A stretch of DNA of 64,000 nt from Candidatus Eiseniibacteriota bacterium. Lineage in GTDB: Bacteria > Eisenbacteria > RBG-16-71-46 > SZUA-252. The notes under the pieces were generated by a model. The model did not search any database, was not told the origin of the DNA, and was given only the letters and a program-made list of their open reading frames with translations. The stretch lies in the NCBI GenBank assembly GCA_963703225.1, contig OY969801.1:1280001-1344000 (forward strand), given 5' to 3'. Of the stretch, positions 50,792 through 60,394 are shown piece by piece. The translations under genes were made by a program, and so were the position numbers. The first letter of the stretch is position 1; every line of letters begins with the position of its first letter.

Positions 50792-50820
50792 TTGACGCCC
50801 CCCCCGCGATCGGGTAGAGT
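50792..50820 (+). promoter_or_regulatory. Putative sigma70 promoter
   Basis: TTGACG-17 nt-TAGAGT upstream of the EcfT-like/truA/htrA/pur run. Confidence 0.55.
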
Positions 50821-50886
50821 GGCGATTCAGGTGGGCCGCCGGACGTCGGCGTCCGCCTCCGATGGCACGGAGGAACCAGAGCGGCA

Positions 50887-51627
50887 GTGCCCGGCACATC
50901 CTCGTCCCACGTCGATCCCCCAATCAAGCCGATGCCTCGCCCGATTCACCCGGCGGCGACCCTTCTCGCCTGCATCCTCGTTGGACTAGGCCTTTCGCTC
51001 ACGCACGCCCCGATCGACCTCGCCGTCTTGGCCGTGCTCGGCGCCGCGTTCGCGCTCCGCGCGGAAGGGCGATCGATCCGTTCCGAGCTTCCACTCTGGG
51101 CGCTCGCGCTCGTCGTCTTCCTGGCGCACACGTTCCTGTCCGGTCGGCCGATCGCCGTCGCGGCGTTGCCCGCGGCGCTGATCGCGCTCCGACTCCTCGC
51201 GCTCCTCTACCTGCTCCGCTGGGCAGCGCGGGCCTTCCTCGGGAACGCGGCGCGGTGGCTCCTGGCGCTTCCGCTGCCCCGCCGTCCGAGGGTGCTCCTC
51301 CTGGCGCTGGAGAGCGGGCGGCATGCCGTGGCGCTGGTACCGCTCGCCCTCAGGGAGGCGGGCCAGCAGCATGAAGCGCTTCGAGCGAGGGGCTTCCGGC
51401 CGCCGCGAAATGCGACCGGCCGGGCGCGCTACATCGCCGCGTGGCTTCTCCCGTATCTGGGGACGATGCTCCGGCTGGGGGAGTGCTACGGGGAAGCGCT
51501 CTGGGCCCGCGGGTACGCGATGGGGGAGCGACGGAGCAGCGGCCACGGCTGGAGGTGGGGTTGGATCGAGTCGGCCACGATCGTTTTGGGGGCGGCTTCG
51601 GCCGTCTGGCTGCTCCGTGGCGTCTGA
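50887..51627 (+). CDS. ECF transporter transmembrane component T (EcfT/CbiQ)-like
   Basis: Hydrophobic protein with IHP start motif and two Ala-Arg-Gly coupling motifs (EALRARG, EALWARGY); directly upstream of truA. Confidence 0.65.
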   Translation: MPGTSSSHVDPPIKPMPRPIHPAATLLACILVGLGLSLTHAPIDLAVLAVLGAAFALRAEGRSIRSELPLWALALVVFLAHTFLSGRPIAVAALPAALIALRLLALLYLLRWAARAFLGNAARWLLALPLPRRPRVLLLALESGRHAVALVPLALREAGQQHEALRARGFRPPRNATGRARYIAAWLLPYLGTMLRLGECYGEALWARGYAMGERRSSGHGWRWGWIESATIVLGAASAVWLLRGV

Positions 51628-52408
51628 TCGCCGATCGGCGACCTACAGGCTCGCGGTTGAGTATGACGGCACCGACTTTCACGGCTGGCAGGTCCAGAGC
51701 CGCCACCGCACCGTTCAAGGCGATCTGGAGCAGGCGCTTCGCCGCCTCGCGGAGGGACAGGTTCGCGTGGCCGGCGCGGGGCGCACCGACGCCGGATGTC
51801 ACGCGGCAGGGCAGGTGGCGAGCGTGAGGCTCACCACACGGCTGACGCCGGAGCGCCTTGGGCGCGCGCTCAACGCGATTCTGCCCGCGGATCTCCGGGT
51901 GGTGGAGGTCGCGGAAGTCGATCCCAAGTTCCACGCCCGGTTCGACGCGTCGCGCCGCGCGTATCGCTACCTGGTTCATCCGGGGCCGACGGCGCTCCGC
52001 CGCCGCTACGTCTGGGTGCGGCCGGTTCGGGCAACCGTGTCGGCTCTCAACGACGCGTCGCGGGCGCTCCTCGGAGACCACGATTTCACGACCTTCTCCA
52101 AGAAGGGGAGCGACAACGGAGGTCCGCGATGTCGCGTGACGCGCGCCCGCTGGAGCCAGGGCCCAAACGGGTTCGCGTTCGACATCGAGGCGGACCGCTT
52201 CCTGTACACTATGGTCCGTAGGATCGTCTCGACGGTGATCGACGCCTCCGAGCGCGGATCAGGGGCGCGGGCGGTCAAGGACGCGCTCGAGGCGACGGAC
52301 CGGCGCGCTGCCGCGCCTCCGGCGCCGGCGCACGGTCTCTGCTTGATGCGGGTTCGGTATCCCCGGGTGGGATGGATTCCCAAGGAGCCCCTCCATGTCT
52401 TCGCATGA
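51617..52408 (+). CDS. truA: tRNA pseudouridine(38-40) synthase
   Basis: YDGTDFHGWQ, AGRTDAGCHA, FHARFDA, FLYTMVR and APAHGL motifs. Confidence 0.95.
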   Translation: MASDRRSATYRLAVEYDGTDFHGWQVQSRHRTVQGDLEQALRRLAEGQVRVAGAGRTDAGCHAAGQVASVRLTTRLTPERLGRALNAILPADLRVVEVAEVDPKFHARFDASRRAYRYLVHPGPTALRRRYVWVRPVRATVSALNDASRALLGDHDFTTFSKKGSDNGGPRCRVTRARWSQGPNGFAFDIEADRFLYTMVRRIVSTVIDASERGSGARAVKDALEATDRRAAAPPAPAHGLCLMRVRYPRVGWIPKEPLHVFA

Positions 52409-53629
52409 CGCGACCCCGCCGGCGCGCGGGAGAACAGCCTGGTCGATTGGCACTCTTCTGGCCGGAGTTCTTTTCGGGCTCCTCCTTTTGGTCGCGCTCC
52501 TTCTGGGGTCGCGCGGCAAGTCAAAGGATGGCGGTCCGGCGGCCGATTCCATGCCGGTCGCCGACGCCGCCGAGACGAGCGCCGCGGCTCCCGAGGCGAT
52601 CGATCACTCTCGCCGCACCGCGATCGTGGAGGCCGCGCAGCGCGTCGGCCCCTCCGTCGTGACCTTGAGCGTCGTGCAGACGCGCGTCGTCCAGACGGCG
52701 CCGGTTCCGATGGGAAACGAGTTCTTCGAGCCCTTTTTCAGGGACATGATTCCCCAGTATCGCTACCGGGAGCAGATCCCGAGCATGGGGTCGGGGTTCA
52801 TCATCTCCCGGGATGGCTACGTCCTGACCAACGAGCACGTGGTTCACGGCGCCGACAAGATCACGGTGATCCTCTCCGACGGGCGGTCCTTCGTCGGACG
52901 ACTCGTCGGCGCGCATCCCCAGTACGACCTCGCGATCGTGAAGATCGACGGTAAGGATCTCCCCGTGGCACCCCTCGGCACCTCGAGCGATCTCTTGGTC
53001 GGCGAGTGGGCGATCGCGATCGGCAACCCGTTCGGCTATCTCCTCAACGACACCCAGCCGACCGTGACGGCCGGGGTGATCAGCGCGACGCGCCGCGACA
53101 TCAAGTCGCAGAGCGAGAGCGTGGGGATCTACAAGAACATGATCCAGACCGACGCGGCCATCAATCCGGGGAACTCGGGCGGGCCCTTGGTCAACGCGCG
53201 GGGGGAAGTCATCGGGATCAATACCTTCATCTTCACCAAGAGCGGCGGCTCGGAGGGGATCGGGTTCGCCATCCCGATCGACGCGACGAAGCGGGTGGTG
53301 GATGAGATCATCAAGTACGGGAAGGTCCGGAACGTCTGGATCGGCGTTCGCACGTGGGAATTGACCCCCTACGTGGCGGAGCGTCTCGGCACCACCGACC
53401 GGAACGGTCTCTACGTCGCCGTCATCGAGCGGGGAAGCCCGGCCGACAAGGCGGGCGTCAAAGTGGCCGATATCATCCGGAAGGTGAACGGCACCCCGGT
53501 GCGGGACAGCAACGAAGCCTACCGGGTGATTTTCGGCGCCAGCGTCGGCGACACCATCACGCTGACGGTGGAGCGGGACGGAAGCTGCTCACCCTGAAGC
53601 TGCTTTTGGCGGAATCTCCCGAGGAATGA
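52395..53629 (+). CDS. HtrA/DegP-like serine protease with one PDZ domain; frameshift near 53580
   Basis: N-terminal TM; TNEHV, DLAI, IQTDAAINPGNSGG and GSPADKAG motifs. Confidence 0.92.
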
Positions 53630-53633
53630 CGCC

Positions 53634-54947
53634 ATGATCGCGCGCTACAGCCGGACGGAGATGGCGGCGCTCTTCGAGGACGAGGCGCGGTACCGCACAT
53701 GGCTCGAGGTGGAGCTGGCGGTGGCGCAGGAGATGGAGCGCCGCGGGGAGATCCCGCGCGGCGTCACCGCCCGCGTCCGAGACAAGGCGAGGGTCGATCC
53801 GAAGCGGATCGACGAGCTGGAGGCGACGCTGCGCCACGACGTGATCGCTTTTCTCACGCAGGTGGGCGAATCGGCGGGGGCGGACGCGCGCCACCTCCAC
53901 CTCGGCATGACCTCCTCCGACCTCGTCGACACGGCGCTCGCGCTGACGCTGACGCGCGCGGTCGATCTGCTGGTTCGGGAGGTGGAGGCTCTCCGGGAGA
54001 CGGCCCGGTCGCTCGCGCTGAAGTATCGCGAGACCCCGATGGTCGGGCGCACCCACGGGATCCACGCGGAGCCGATCACGTTCGGTCTCAAGATTCTGGT
54101 CTGGTACGAGGAGCTGGGGCGCGCGCTCACGCGGCTCGGCGCGGCGCGTCGGAGCGTCGCGGTCGGGAAGCTCTCGGGCGCGGTCGGCACCCTGGCGCAT
54201 CTGACCCCCGAGCTCGAGGAGGGCGTGTTGGGCGCGCTCGGGCTCGCGGCGGAGCCCGCGGCGACCCAGGTCGTGCAGCGCGATCGCCATGCCGAGCTTC
54301 TCTCGGGCTTGGCACTCCTCGGCGCGTCGCTCGAGAAGATCGCGCTCGAGATCCGCCACCTGCAGCGGACGGAAGTACTCGAGGTCGAGGAGCCCTTCCG
54401 CGAGGGGCAGAAAGGCTCCTCGGCGATGCCCCACAAGCGGAATCCGGTCCTCTGCGAGCGGATCTGCGGGCTCGCCCGGTTACTCCGCGCGAACGCGCAC
54501 GCGGCTCTGGAGAACGTGGCGCTTTGGCACGAGCGCGACATCAGCCACTCCAGCGTCGAGCGGGTCATCATTCCCGACTCGTTCCTCCTCGCGGACTTCA
54601 TGGCGAGCCAGACGAGGGAGGTCCTTGCGGGCCTTCGGGTCCACCCGGATCGGATGCTGGCGAACCTGGCGATGACGCGCGGTCTCATCTACTCGCAGCG
54701 GGTCCTGCTCGCCTTGACGGTCGCGGGGCTCCCGCGGGAGGCGGCCTACGCGATCGTGCAGGGCCATGCGATGAAGGCATGGAAGGAAGACCCCGATCTT
54801 CGGGCCCGGCTCGCCGCCGATCCGGCCGTGGCCAAGGTCATGAGCCCCTCGGAGCTGGAGGCGTGCTTCGACCCGCGCTATTTCACTCGAAACGTGAGCC
54901 ATATCTTTGATCGTGTTCTAGGAGCATCAGTTGCCGCCAGCCGTTGA
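53634..54947 (+). CDS. purB: Adenylosuccinate lyase
   Basis: MIARY, RHDVIAF, GRTHGIHAEP and GSSAMPHKRNP motifs. Confidence 0.97.
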   Translation: MIARYSRTEMAALFEDEARYRTWLEVELAVAQEMERRGEIPRGVTARVRDKARVDPKRIDELEATLRHDVIAFLTQVGESAGADARHLHLGMTSSDLVDTALALTLTRAVDLLVREVEALRETARSLALKYRETPMVGRTHGIHAEPITFGLKILVWYEELGRALTRLGAARRSVAVGKLSGAVGTLAHLTPELEEGVLGALGLAAEPAATQVVQRDRHAELLSGLALLGASLEKIALEIRHLQRTEVLEVEEPFREGQKGSSAMPHKRNPVLCERICGLARLLRANAHAALENVALWHERDISHSSVERVIIPDSFLLADFMASQTREVLAGLRVHPDRMLANLAMTRGLIYSQRVLLALTVAGLPREAAYAIVQGHAMKAWKEDPDLRARLAADPAVAKVMSPSELEACFDPRYFTRNVSHIFDRVLGASVAASR

Positions 54948-57294
54948 CTCCCAAACTCTCCCCCTGACCGGGGCCGATCCCAAGGCGCTGAAGGCACTCC
55001 TCGCCTCGGAGGGCCTCCGCCTGGCGCCGGGCGAAGTCAGCCGGATGCTGGAGCTTTTGGGGCGGGATCCGACCCGGGTCGAAGCGACCATCTTCGACAC
55101 GATGTGGAGCGAGCACTGCTCCTACAAGAGCAGCCGGTGGGTGCTCCGAGCCTACCTCCCGACCGAGAGCCCCGACGTGATCCTGGGTCCGGGGGAGGAT
55201 GCCGGGGTCGTCCGCTTGGGCGAGCACATGGGAGTCGCCTACGCGCTCGTCATCGCGCACGAGAGCCACAACCATCCGTCCCAGGTGGTGCCGGTCGAAG
55301 GCGCCGCCACCGGCGTCGGCGGGATCGTGCGCGACGTGGCCTGCATGGGCGCCGAGGTGATCGGCGTCATGGACGCGCTCCGCTTCGGGAATCCGGACGG
55401 AGCGAAGGGAAGCGCCGTGCGCGAGATCATCCGCGGCGTGGTCGACGGCATCTGGCAGTACGCGGATCCTCTCGGCGTCCCGAATCTGGGTGGGGACGTC
55501 TTCTTCTCCGATCGCTACGACGAGAACTGCCTCGTGAACGTCGTGGCGCTGGGCGTCGTCCGCGCCGACCGGGTCGTCCGAAGCCGCGTCCCCGAGGCGG
55601 CCCGCCGGGAGCCCTACGTGCTGGTCTTGCTGGGGAAGCCGACCGACGAGACGGGTTTCGGCGGCGCCTCCTTCGCGTCGGCGATCTTGGAAGGGGACGC
55701 GACCGCGCAGCGCGGGCACGTGCAGGTGCCCGATCCGTTCCTGAAGCGGGTGCTGCTCGAAGCGAACCGCGCCGCGCTGACGTGGCTTCACGAGCAGGGC
55801 TCGCCGTTCGGCTTCAAGGATCTCGGCGCGGGCGGGATCGCCTGCGCCTCCTCCGAGCTTGCCGCGGCCGGCGGCTTCGGCATGGACGTCGATCTGGACC
55901 AGGTGCCCACGCCCCGCGCCGACTATCCGCCCGAGGTGATCGCCTGCTCGGAGACCCAGGAGCGTTTCGCGCTGGTGATCCCGGAGCGTCTCGCGCCACG
56001 GCTCCTCAAGATCTACAACGACGACTACGCCCTCCCCAGCGTCTACGAGGGGGCGCGCGCCGCGGTGGTCGGCCGAGTTCGGCCCGACAAGCGCTACCGG
56101 ATTCTCCGCGCCGGCCAGCCGGTCTGCGACACGACGGTCGAGGTCATCACCGCAGGGATCGAGCACCGCCGGCCCCAGCGGCCACGCCCGGCGCGGCCGA
56201 AGCCGACGCCGCTTCCTCCCGTCGGCGACCACGATGCGTTCTTCCGCCGGATGATCGGATCGCCCTCTCTCGGATCCCGGGCACCGATCCTCCGCTACTA
56301 CGACACGGAGGTGCAGGGGCGGATGGTGATCCGCGCCGGCGAGGCCGATGCCTCGGTGATGGCGCCCGTGCCCGGCTCCCCGCTCGGCGCCGCGCTCGCC
56401 GTGGACGGCAATCCTTGGTTCGTCGCCGCCGATCCCTATTGGGGCTCCGCCCACGCCGTCTGCGAGGTGCTCCGGAACCTCGTGGCGGTCGGCGCGCGGC
56501 CATTGGCCCTCACCGATTGCCTCAATTTCGGAAATCCCGAGGACCCGGAGGTCTTCGACGAGTTCGTCCGGAGCGTCCGTGGGCTCGGCGACGCCGCGCG
56601 CGCCCTGGGACCGGAGGGGAACGCGGGGCCGCCGATTCCGTACGTCTCTGGCAACGTCTCCTTCTACAACGAGTCGGCGACGGGTCGCGCGATCGAGCCC
56701 TCGCCCATCGTGGCCGGGCTGGGAGTGCTCGAGGACTACGCCGTGGCCACCACGAGCGCGATCAAGCGCGCCGAGAGCATCCTCGTCCTCACCGGCCCGC
56801 GGGAAGCGCGCGACGGCGCCTCCCAGCTCCGGCATCTCCTCACGGGGGATACCGGGGGCGATCTGCCGACCCTCGATTTCGAGCGGGAGCGCCGGCGGAT
56901 CTACGCGGTGCTCGACGCGGTGCGGCGGGGGCTGGTCCTCTCCTGCCACGACATCTCCGAGGGTGGCCTGGCGGTCGCGGCATTCGAGATGGCGCTGGGT
57001 GGATTCGCATCCCAGGGGCTGGGCATCCAGATTCCGATTTCGGGGATGGGGGAGAGCGCGGCCGAGATCCGGCTCTACTCCGAGGCGCCCGGGTTTCTCT
57101 GCGAGGTGGCGAAGGACCAGCTCCCGGCGTTTCTCGAGCTGTTCCGATCACGGGAAGTCGACGTCACGATGATCGGCCGGACGCTCCCGGAGCCCCGTCT
57201 GCGCTTCCTCGACGCCGGCACCTCGCTCGTCGACGCCAATCTGGCCGATCTCGCCGCGATTCACGCCGGCGCGATCCGGCCCATTGTGGAGTGA
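54931..57294 (+). CDS. purL: Phosphoribosylformylglycinamidine synthase subunit PurL (small form)
   Basis: MWSEHCSYKSS, ESHNHPS, DLGAGG, SETQER, TDCLNFGNP and GNVSFYN motifs. Confidence 0.97.
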   Translation: MPPAVDSQTLPLTGADPKALKALLASEGLRLAPGEVSRMLELLGRDPTRVEATIFDTMWSEHCSYKSSRWVLRAYLPTESPDVILGPGEDAGVVRLGEHMGVAYALVIAHESHNHPSQVVPVEGAATGVGGIVRDVACMGAEVIGVMDALRFGNPDGAKGSAVREIIRGVVDGIWQYADPLGVPNLGGDVFFSDRYDENCLVNVVALGVVRADRVVRSRVPEAARREPYVLVLLGKPTDETGFGGASFASAILEGDATAQRGHVQVPDPFLKRVLLEANRAALTWLHEQGSPFGFKDLGAGGIACASSELAAAGGFGMDVDLDQVPTPRADYPPEVIACSETQERFALVIPERLAPRLLKIYNDDYALPSVYEGARAAVVGRVRPDKRYRILRAGQPVCDTTVEVITAGIEHRRPQRPRPARPKPTPLPPVGDHDAFFRRMIGSPSLGSRAPILRYYDTEVQGRMVIRAGEADASVMAPVPGSPLGAALAVDGNPWFVAADPYWGSAHAVCEVLRNLVAVGARPLALTDCLNFGNPEDPEVFDEFVRSVRGLGDAARALGPEGNAGPPIPYVSGNVSFYNESATGRAIEPSPIVAGLGVLEDYAVATTSAIKRAESILVLTGPREARDGASQLRHLLTGDTGGDLPTLDFERERRRIYAVLDAVRRGLVLSCHDISEGGLAVAAFEMALGGFASQGLGIQIPISGMGESAAEIRLYSEAPGFLCEVAKDQLPAFLELFRSREVDVTMIGRTLPEPRLRFLDAGTSLVDANLADLAAIHAGAIRPIVE

Positions 57295-57296
57295 CG

Positions 57297-58139
57297 ATGG
57301 CTCGCGTGGCGGTCTTGCAGATTCCGGGGGTCAATTGCGAATACGAAACGGCGCGGGTTCTCGAGACCGTTGGCCTCACCGCGCGGATCGTCCGCTTCAA
57401 CGAGCCGTCCTCCGTGCTGGGGGAATTCGACGCCTACGTCCTTCCCGGAGGGTTCGCGTTCCAGGATCGGATCCGCGCGGGGGCCGTCGCGGCGAAGCTC
57501 CCGGCCGTGGAGCGGATCGCCGCCGAATCGGAGCGGGGGAAGCCGGTGCTCGGCATCTGCAACGGGGCCCAGGTGCTTGTGGAGGCGGGCCTCGTGCCGG
57601 GCGTGCGTTCCGGACGAGTGGAAATGGCGCTCGCGCCCAACCGCGCCCCGCGGCGCCAGGGGTACCTCTGCCGGTGGGTGCGCGTTCGGGCGGAACAAGG
57701 CCCCGGCCGCTCGATCTGGAGCGCCGGCCTTTCGCCCGACGAGGTGGTGCCGCTTCCGATCGCCCACGGCGAAGGGCGATTCGAATCGGCGGATCCTGAC
57801 GTGCGGGGGCGCATCCAAAAGAATGGATTGTCCCTGTTCCGCTACGTCGATCGCGAGGGGCGTCCCGCGGAGCAATATCCCGACGACCCCAACGGCGCGC
57901 TCTTTCAGTCCGCGGGGATCACGAACCTAACCGGCAACGTGCTCGCGTTGATGCCGCACCCCGAGCGGGCGTCCTGGCTTCGTCAGGTGCCGCTGGAGTG
58001 GGACGGCTCGTGGGGCGATCGGCGGAGGCGGTCGGTCGGCTCGTTTACGGCCCTGGAGGGCGCGGGGCCCGGCCGGTTCCTCTTCGAATCGCTCGCGCGA
58101 TACCTGGGAGCGCCCCGCGCGGCGGAGGTCGCCCGATGA
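57297..58139 (+). CDS. purQ: Phosphoribosylformylglycinamidine synthase glutaminase subunit
   Basis: PGVNC, LPGGF, GICNG, AHGEG and MPHPER motifs. Confidence 0.95.
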   Translation: MARVAVLQIPGVNCEYETARVLETVGLTARIVRFNEPSSVLGEFDAYVLPGGFAFQDRIRAGAVAAKLPAVERIAAESERGKPVLGICNGAQVLVEAGLVPGVRSGRVEMALAPNRAPRRQGYLCRWVRVRAEQGPGRSIWSAGLSPDEVVPLPIAHGEGRFESADPDVRGRIQKNGLSLFRYVDREGRPAEQYPDDPNGALFQSAGITNLTGNVLALMPHPERASWLRQVPLEWDGSWGDRRRRSVGSFTALEGAGPGRFLFESLARYLGAPRAAEVAR

Positions 58140-58729
58140 GCGCGGTGCTCTTGACGCGCCTCAAGATCGTCGATCTGGCCGCGTGGACCGCCCTCGACGC
58201 GGGGCGCCGGCTGTTGCCCGCGGGACACACGCTCGACCGCCTCGTACGGGAGGAGCTCTACCTCTTCGAGCCGGAGGCGGATGCCGCGGCCGGCGCGTTC
58301 GAGGGAGCGCTCGCGCTGGCGATCGAGAGCAGCAATTTCTTCGTGAACCCGAACAAGGAGCAGTACCGATTTCTCACGGCCGCCGGGCGGGGCGACGCGC
58401 TCCTGGCCCCGTCGGGAGCTTGGGGAATACTGACGAGGCCCCGGGATGAGTCGCGGGACGAGGAGCTTCGGACCCGGCTCCAGCGGGAGCACCCGCTTCC
58501 GGGGCTCGGCGCGATCCGTCGCGCGCGGATCTGGTGGCTCTGGACGAGCGGCCCCGGTGGCGGATCGAATGTCAAAAGCTGCTACCCGGCGCTCGGCCCC
58601 GTGACCGCGAGGAGCAGCGGCCTGCTGGTGAACCCGCACGCCGAGGCGGATCTGCTGTTGGATCGACCCACTTCGTGGCGATCCGTGGAAGCATTCTTGA
58701 GCCAGCCCGCGATCGGGGCGGCAGCGTAG
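58136..58729 (+). CDS. Probable divergent tandem PurS-like protein
   Basis: Lies between purQ and purF; two halves ending in FVNPNKE and LLVNPHAE, resembling the PurS LLxNPxxE motif. Confidence 0.55.
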   Translation: MSAVLLTRLKIVDLAAWTALDAGRRLLPAGHTLDRLVREELYLFEPEADAAAGAFEGALALAIESSNFFVNPNKEQYRFLTAAGRGDALLAPSGAWGILTRPRDESRDEELRTRLQREHPLPGLGAIRRARIWWLWTSGPGGGSNVKSCYPALGPVTARSSGLLVNPHAEADLLLDRPTSWRSVEAFLSQPAIGAAA

Positions 58730-58738
58730 AGGAGAGGG

Positions 58739-60169
58739 ATGACCGATAAGGAGTTTCGAGACGGTGATCGGCTCCGGGAGGAGTGCGGGGTATTTGGCAT
58801 CTGGGGCGCCGAGAACGCGGCCCGTTTGACCTATGCGGGGCTCTACTCGCTCCAGCACCGCGGCCAGGAGAGCGCCGGCATCGTCGCGACCGACGGAATC
58901 GAGTACCGCGAGCATCGCGGCGTGGGGCTCGTCTCCGACGTCTTCGCCGGGAGCGCGCTCGAGCCGCTCCGGGGGCACGTCGCGATCGGCCACAACCGAT
59001 ACTCCACCACGGGGGGCAGCCAGCTCCAGAACGCCCAGCCGCTCGTGGTGAACTATCGCGAGGGAAAGCTCGCGATCGCCCACAACGGAAATCTCGTGAA
59101 CGCGCTCGCCCTCCGCGACGAAATGGAGAGCCAGGGCTCCATCTTCCAGACCTCGAGCGATACCGAGGTCATCCTCCATCTGATCGCGCGCTCCAAGGCG
59201 ACGGAGATCGAGCGGATGATTCCGGAGGCGCTCGCGCGCTGCCAAGGGGCCTTTTCCCTCGTCCTCCTCGCCGGCGAGAAGCTGATCGGGGTGCGCGACT
59301 CCCGTGGCTTCCGCCCCCTTTGCCTGGGACGCCGCGGCGAAGCCCACGTGCTCGCGAGCGAGACCTGCGCGCTCGACATCGTTGGCGCCGAGTTCATTCG
59401 GGAAGTCGAGCCCGGCGAGATGGTGATCATCGACGGGGAGGGGGTCCGGTCGTTCCGCGTGTTCCAGCCCGACCCCGCGCGGGCCTGTGTCTTCGAGCTG
59501 ATCTACTTTTCGCGGCCCGACAGCGTTGTGTTCGGCGCCAGCGTCGACTCGGTCCGGCGCCGGTTGGGACGCCGGCTCGCCGAGGAGCATCCGGCGGAGG
59601 CGGACATCGTGATCTCGGTGCCCGACTCCAGCAACTCCGCGGCGCTTGGATTCTCGGAGCAGTCCGGCATCCCGTTCGAGCTCGGCTTGATCCGCAATCA
59701 TTACGTCGGCCGCACGTTCATCGCGCCGAAGCAGATTACCCGCGATTTCGGAGTGAATCTCAAGTTCAACGCGGTCCGCCAAATCCTGGAAGGGAAGCGG
59801 GTGGTGGTCGTCGACGATTCCATCGTGCGCGGCACCACAAGCCGGAGCCTGGTCGCGATGCTCCGGGGGGCCGGGGCCAGGGAGGTCCACTTCCGCGTCT
59901 CGAGCCCGCCGATCGGGTGGTCGTGCTATTACGGGATCGACACGCCGAATCGCCGCGAGCTGATCGCCTCCTCGCACACGGTCGAGGAGATTCGACGGTA
60001 CCTCCATGTGGACACGCTGGGGTACCTCTCGATGGACGGCCTTCGCGCGTGCGTCGATCGTCCGGACGGCCACTGCTACGCCTGCTTCAACGGCGACTAT
60101 TCCGTGCGATTCGGCGCGGAAATGGACAAGCTCGCCATGGAGCGGGGAAGGGCCAAAGCCACCTCGTAG
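58739..60169 (+). CDS. purF: Amidophosphoribosyltransferase
   Basis: Propeptide then CGVFG; QHRGQE, GHNRYSTTG, VVVDDSIVRGTT and Fe-S cysteines (CYACF). Confidence 0.97.
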   Translation: MTDKEFRDGDRLREECGVFGIWGAENAARLTYAGLYSLQHRGQESAGIVATDGIEYREHRGVGLVSDVFAGSALEPLRGHVAIGHNRYSTTGGSQLQNAQPLVVNYREGKLAIAHNGNLVNALALRDEMESQGSIFQTSSDTEVILHLIARSKATEIERMIPEALARCQGAFSLVLLAGEKLIGVRDSRGFRPLCLGRRGEAHVLASETCALDIVGAEFIREVEPGEMVIIDGEGVRSFRVFQPDPARACVFELIYFSRPDSVVFGASVDSVRRRLGRRLAEEHPAEADIVISVPDSSNSAALGFSEQSGIPFELGLIRNHYVGRTFIAPKQITRDFGVNLKFNAVRQILEGKRVVVVDDSIVRGTTSRSLVAMLRGAGAREVHFRVSSPPIGWSCYYGIDTPNRRELIASSHTVEEIRRYLHVDTLGYLSMDGLRACVDRPDGHCYACFNGDYSVRFGAEMDKLAMERGRAKATS

Positions 60170-60316
60170 TCGACCCGCGGCCGGGCGTGCAGGATGCGAG
60201 TCGGAGTTCCCGGCTACCTGCATTTCGCACGACCGCCCTCCAGCCGTAGTCCTCGATTCCGCTGTCATCTAGGGAGCTAGCTCGGCCGCCCGCCCGGCGG
60301 CGGCCCGCTCAGCCCG

Positions 60317-60331
60317 TGGCATGAAGATTGC
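60317..60331 (+). promoter_or_regulatory. Putative sigma54 (-24/-12) promoter
   Basis: TGGCATG-AAGA-TTGC about 63 nt upstream of the ATPase start. Confidence 0.7.
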
Positions 60332-60394
60332 CCCTCGACCCGGCGTAGCACTCCCAGGCCTCATTCAGAAGCGCGGGGAAACGAGGGGCGAGTC

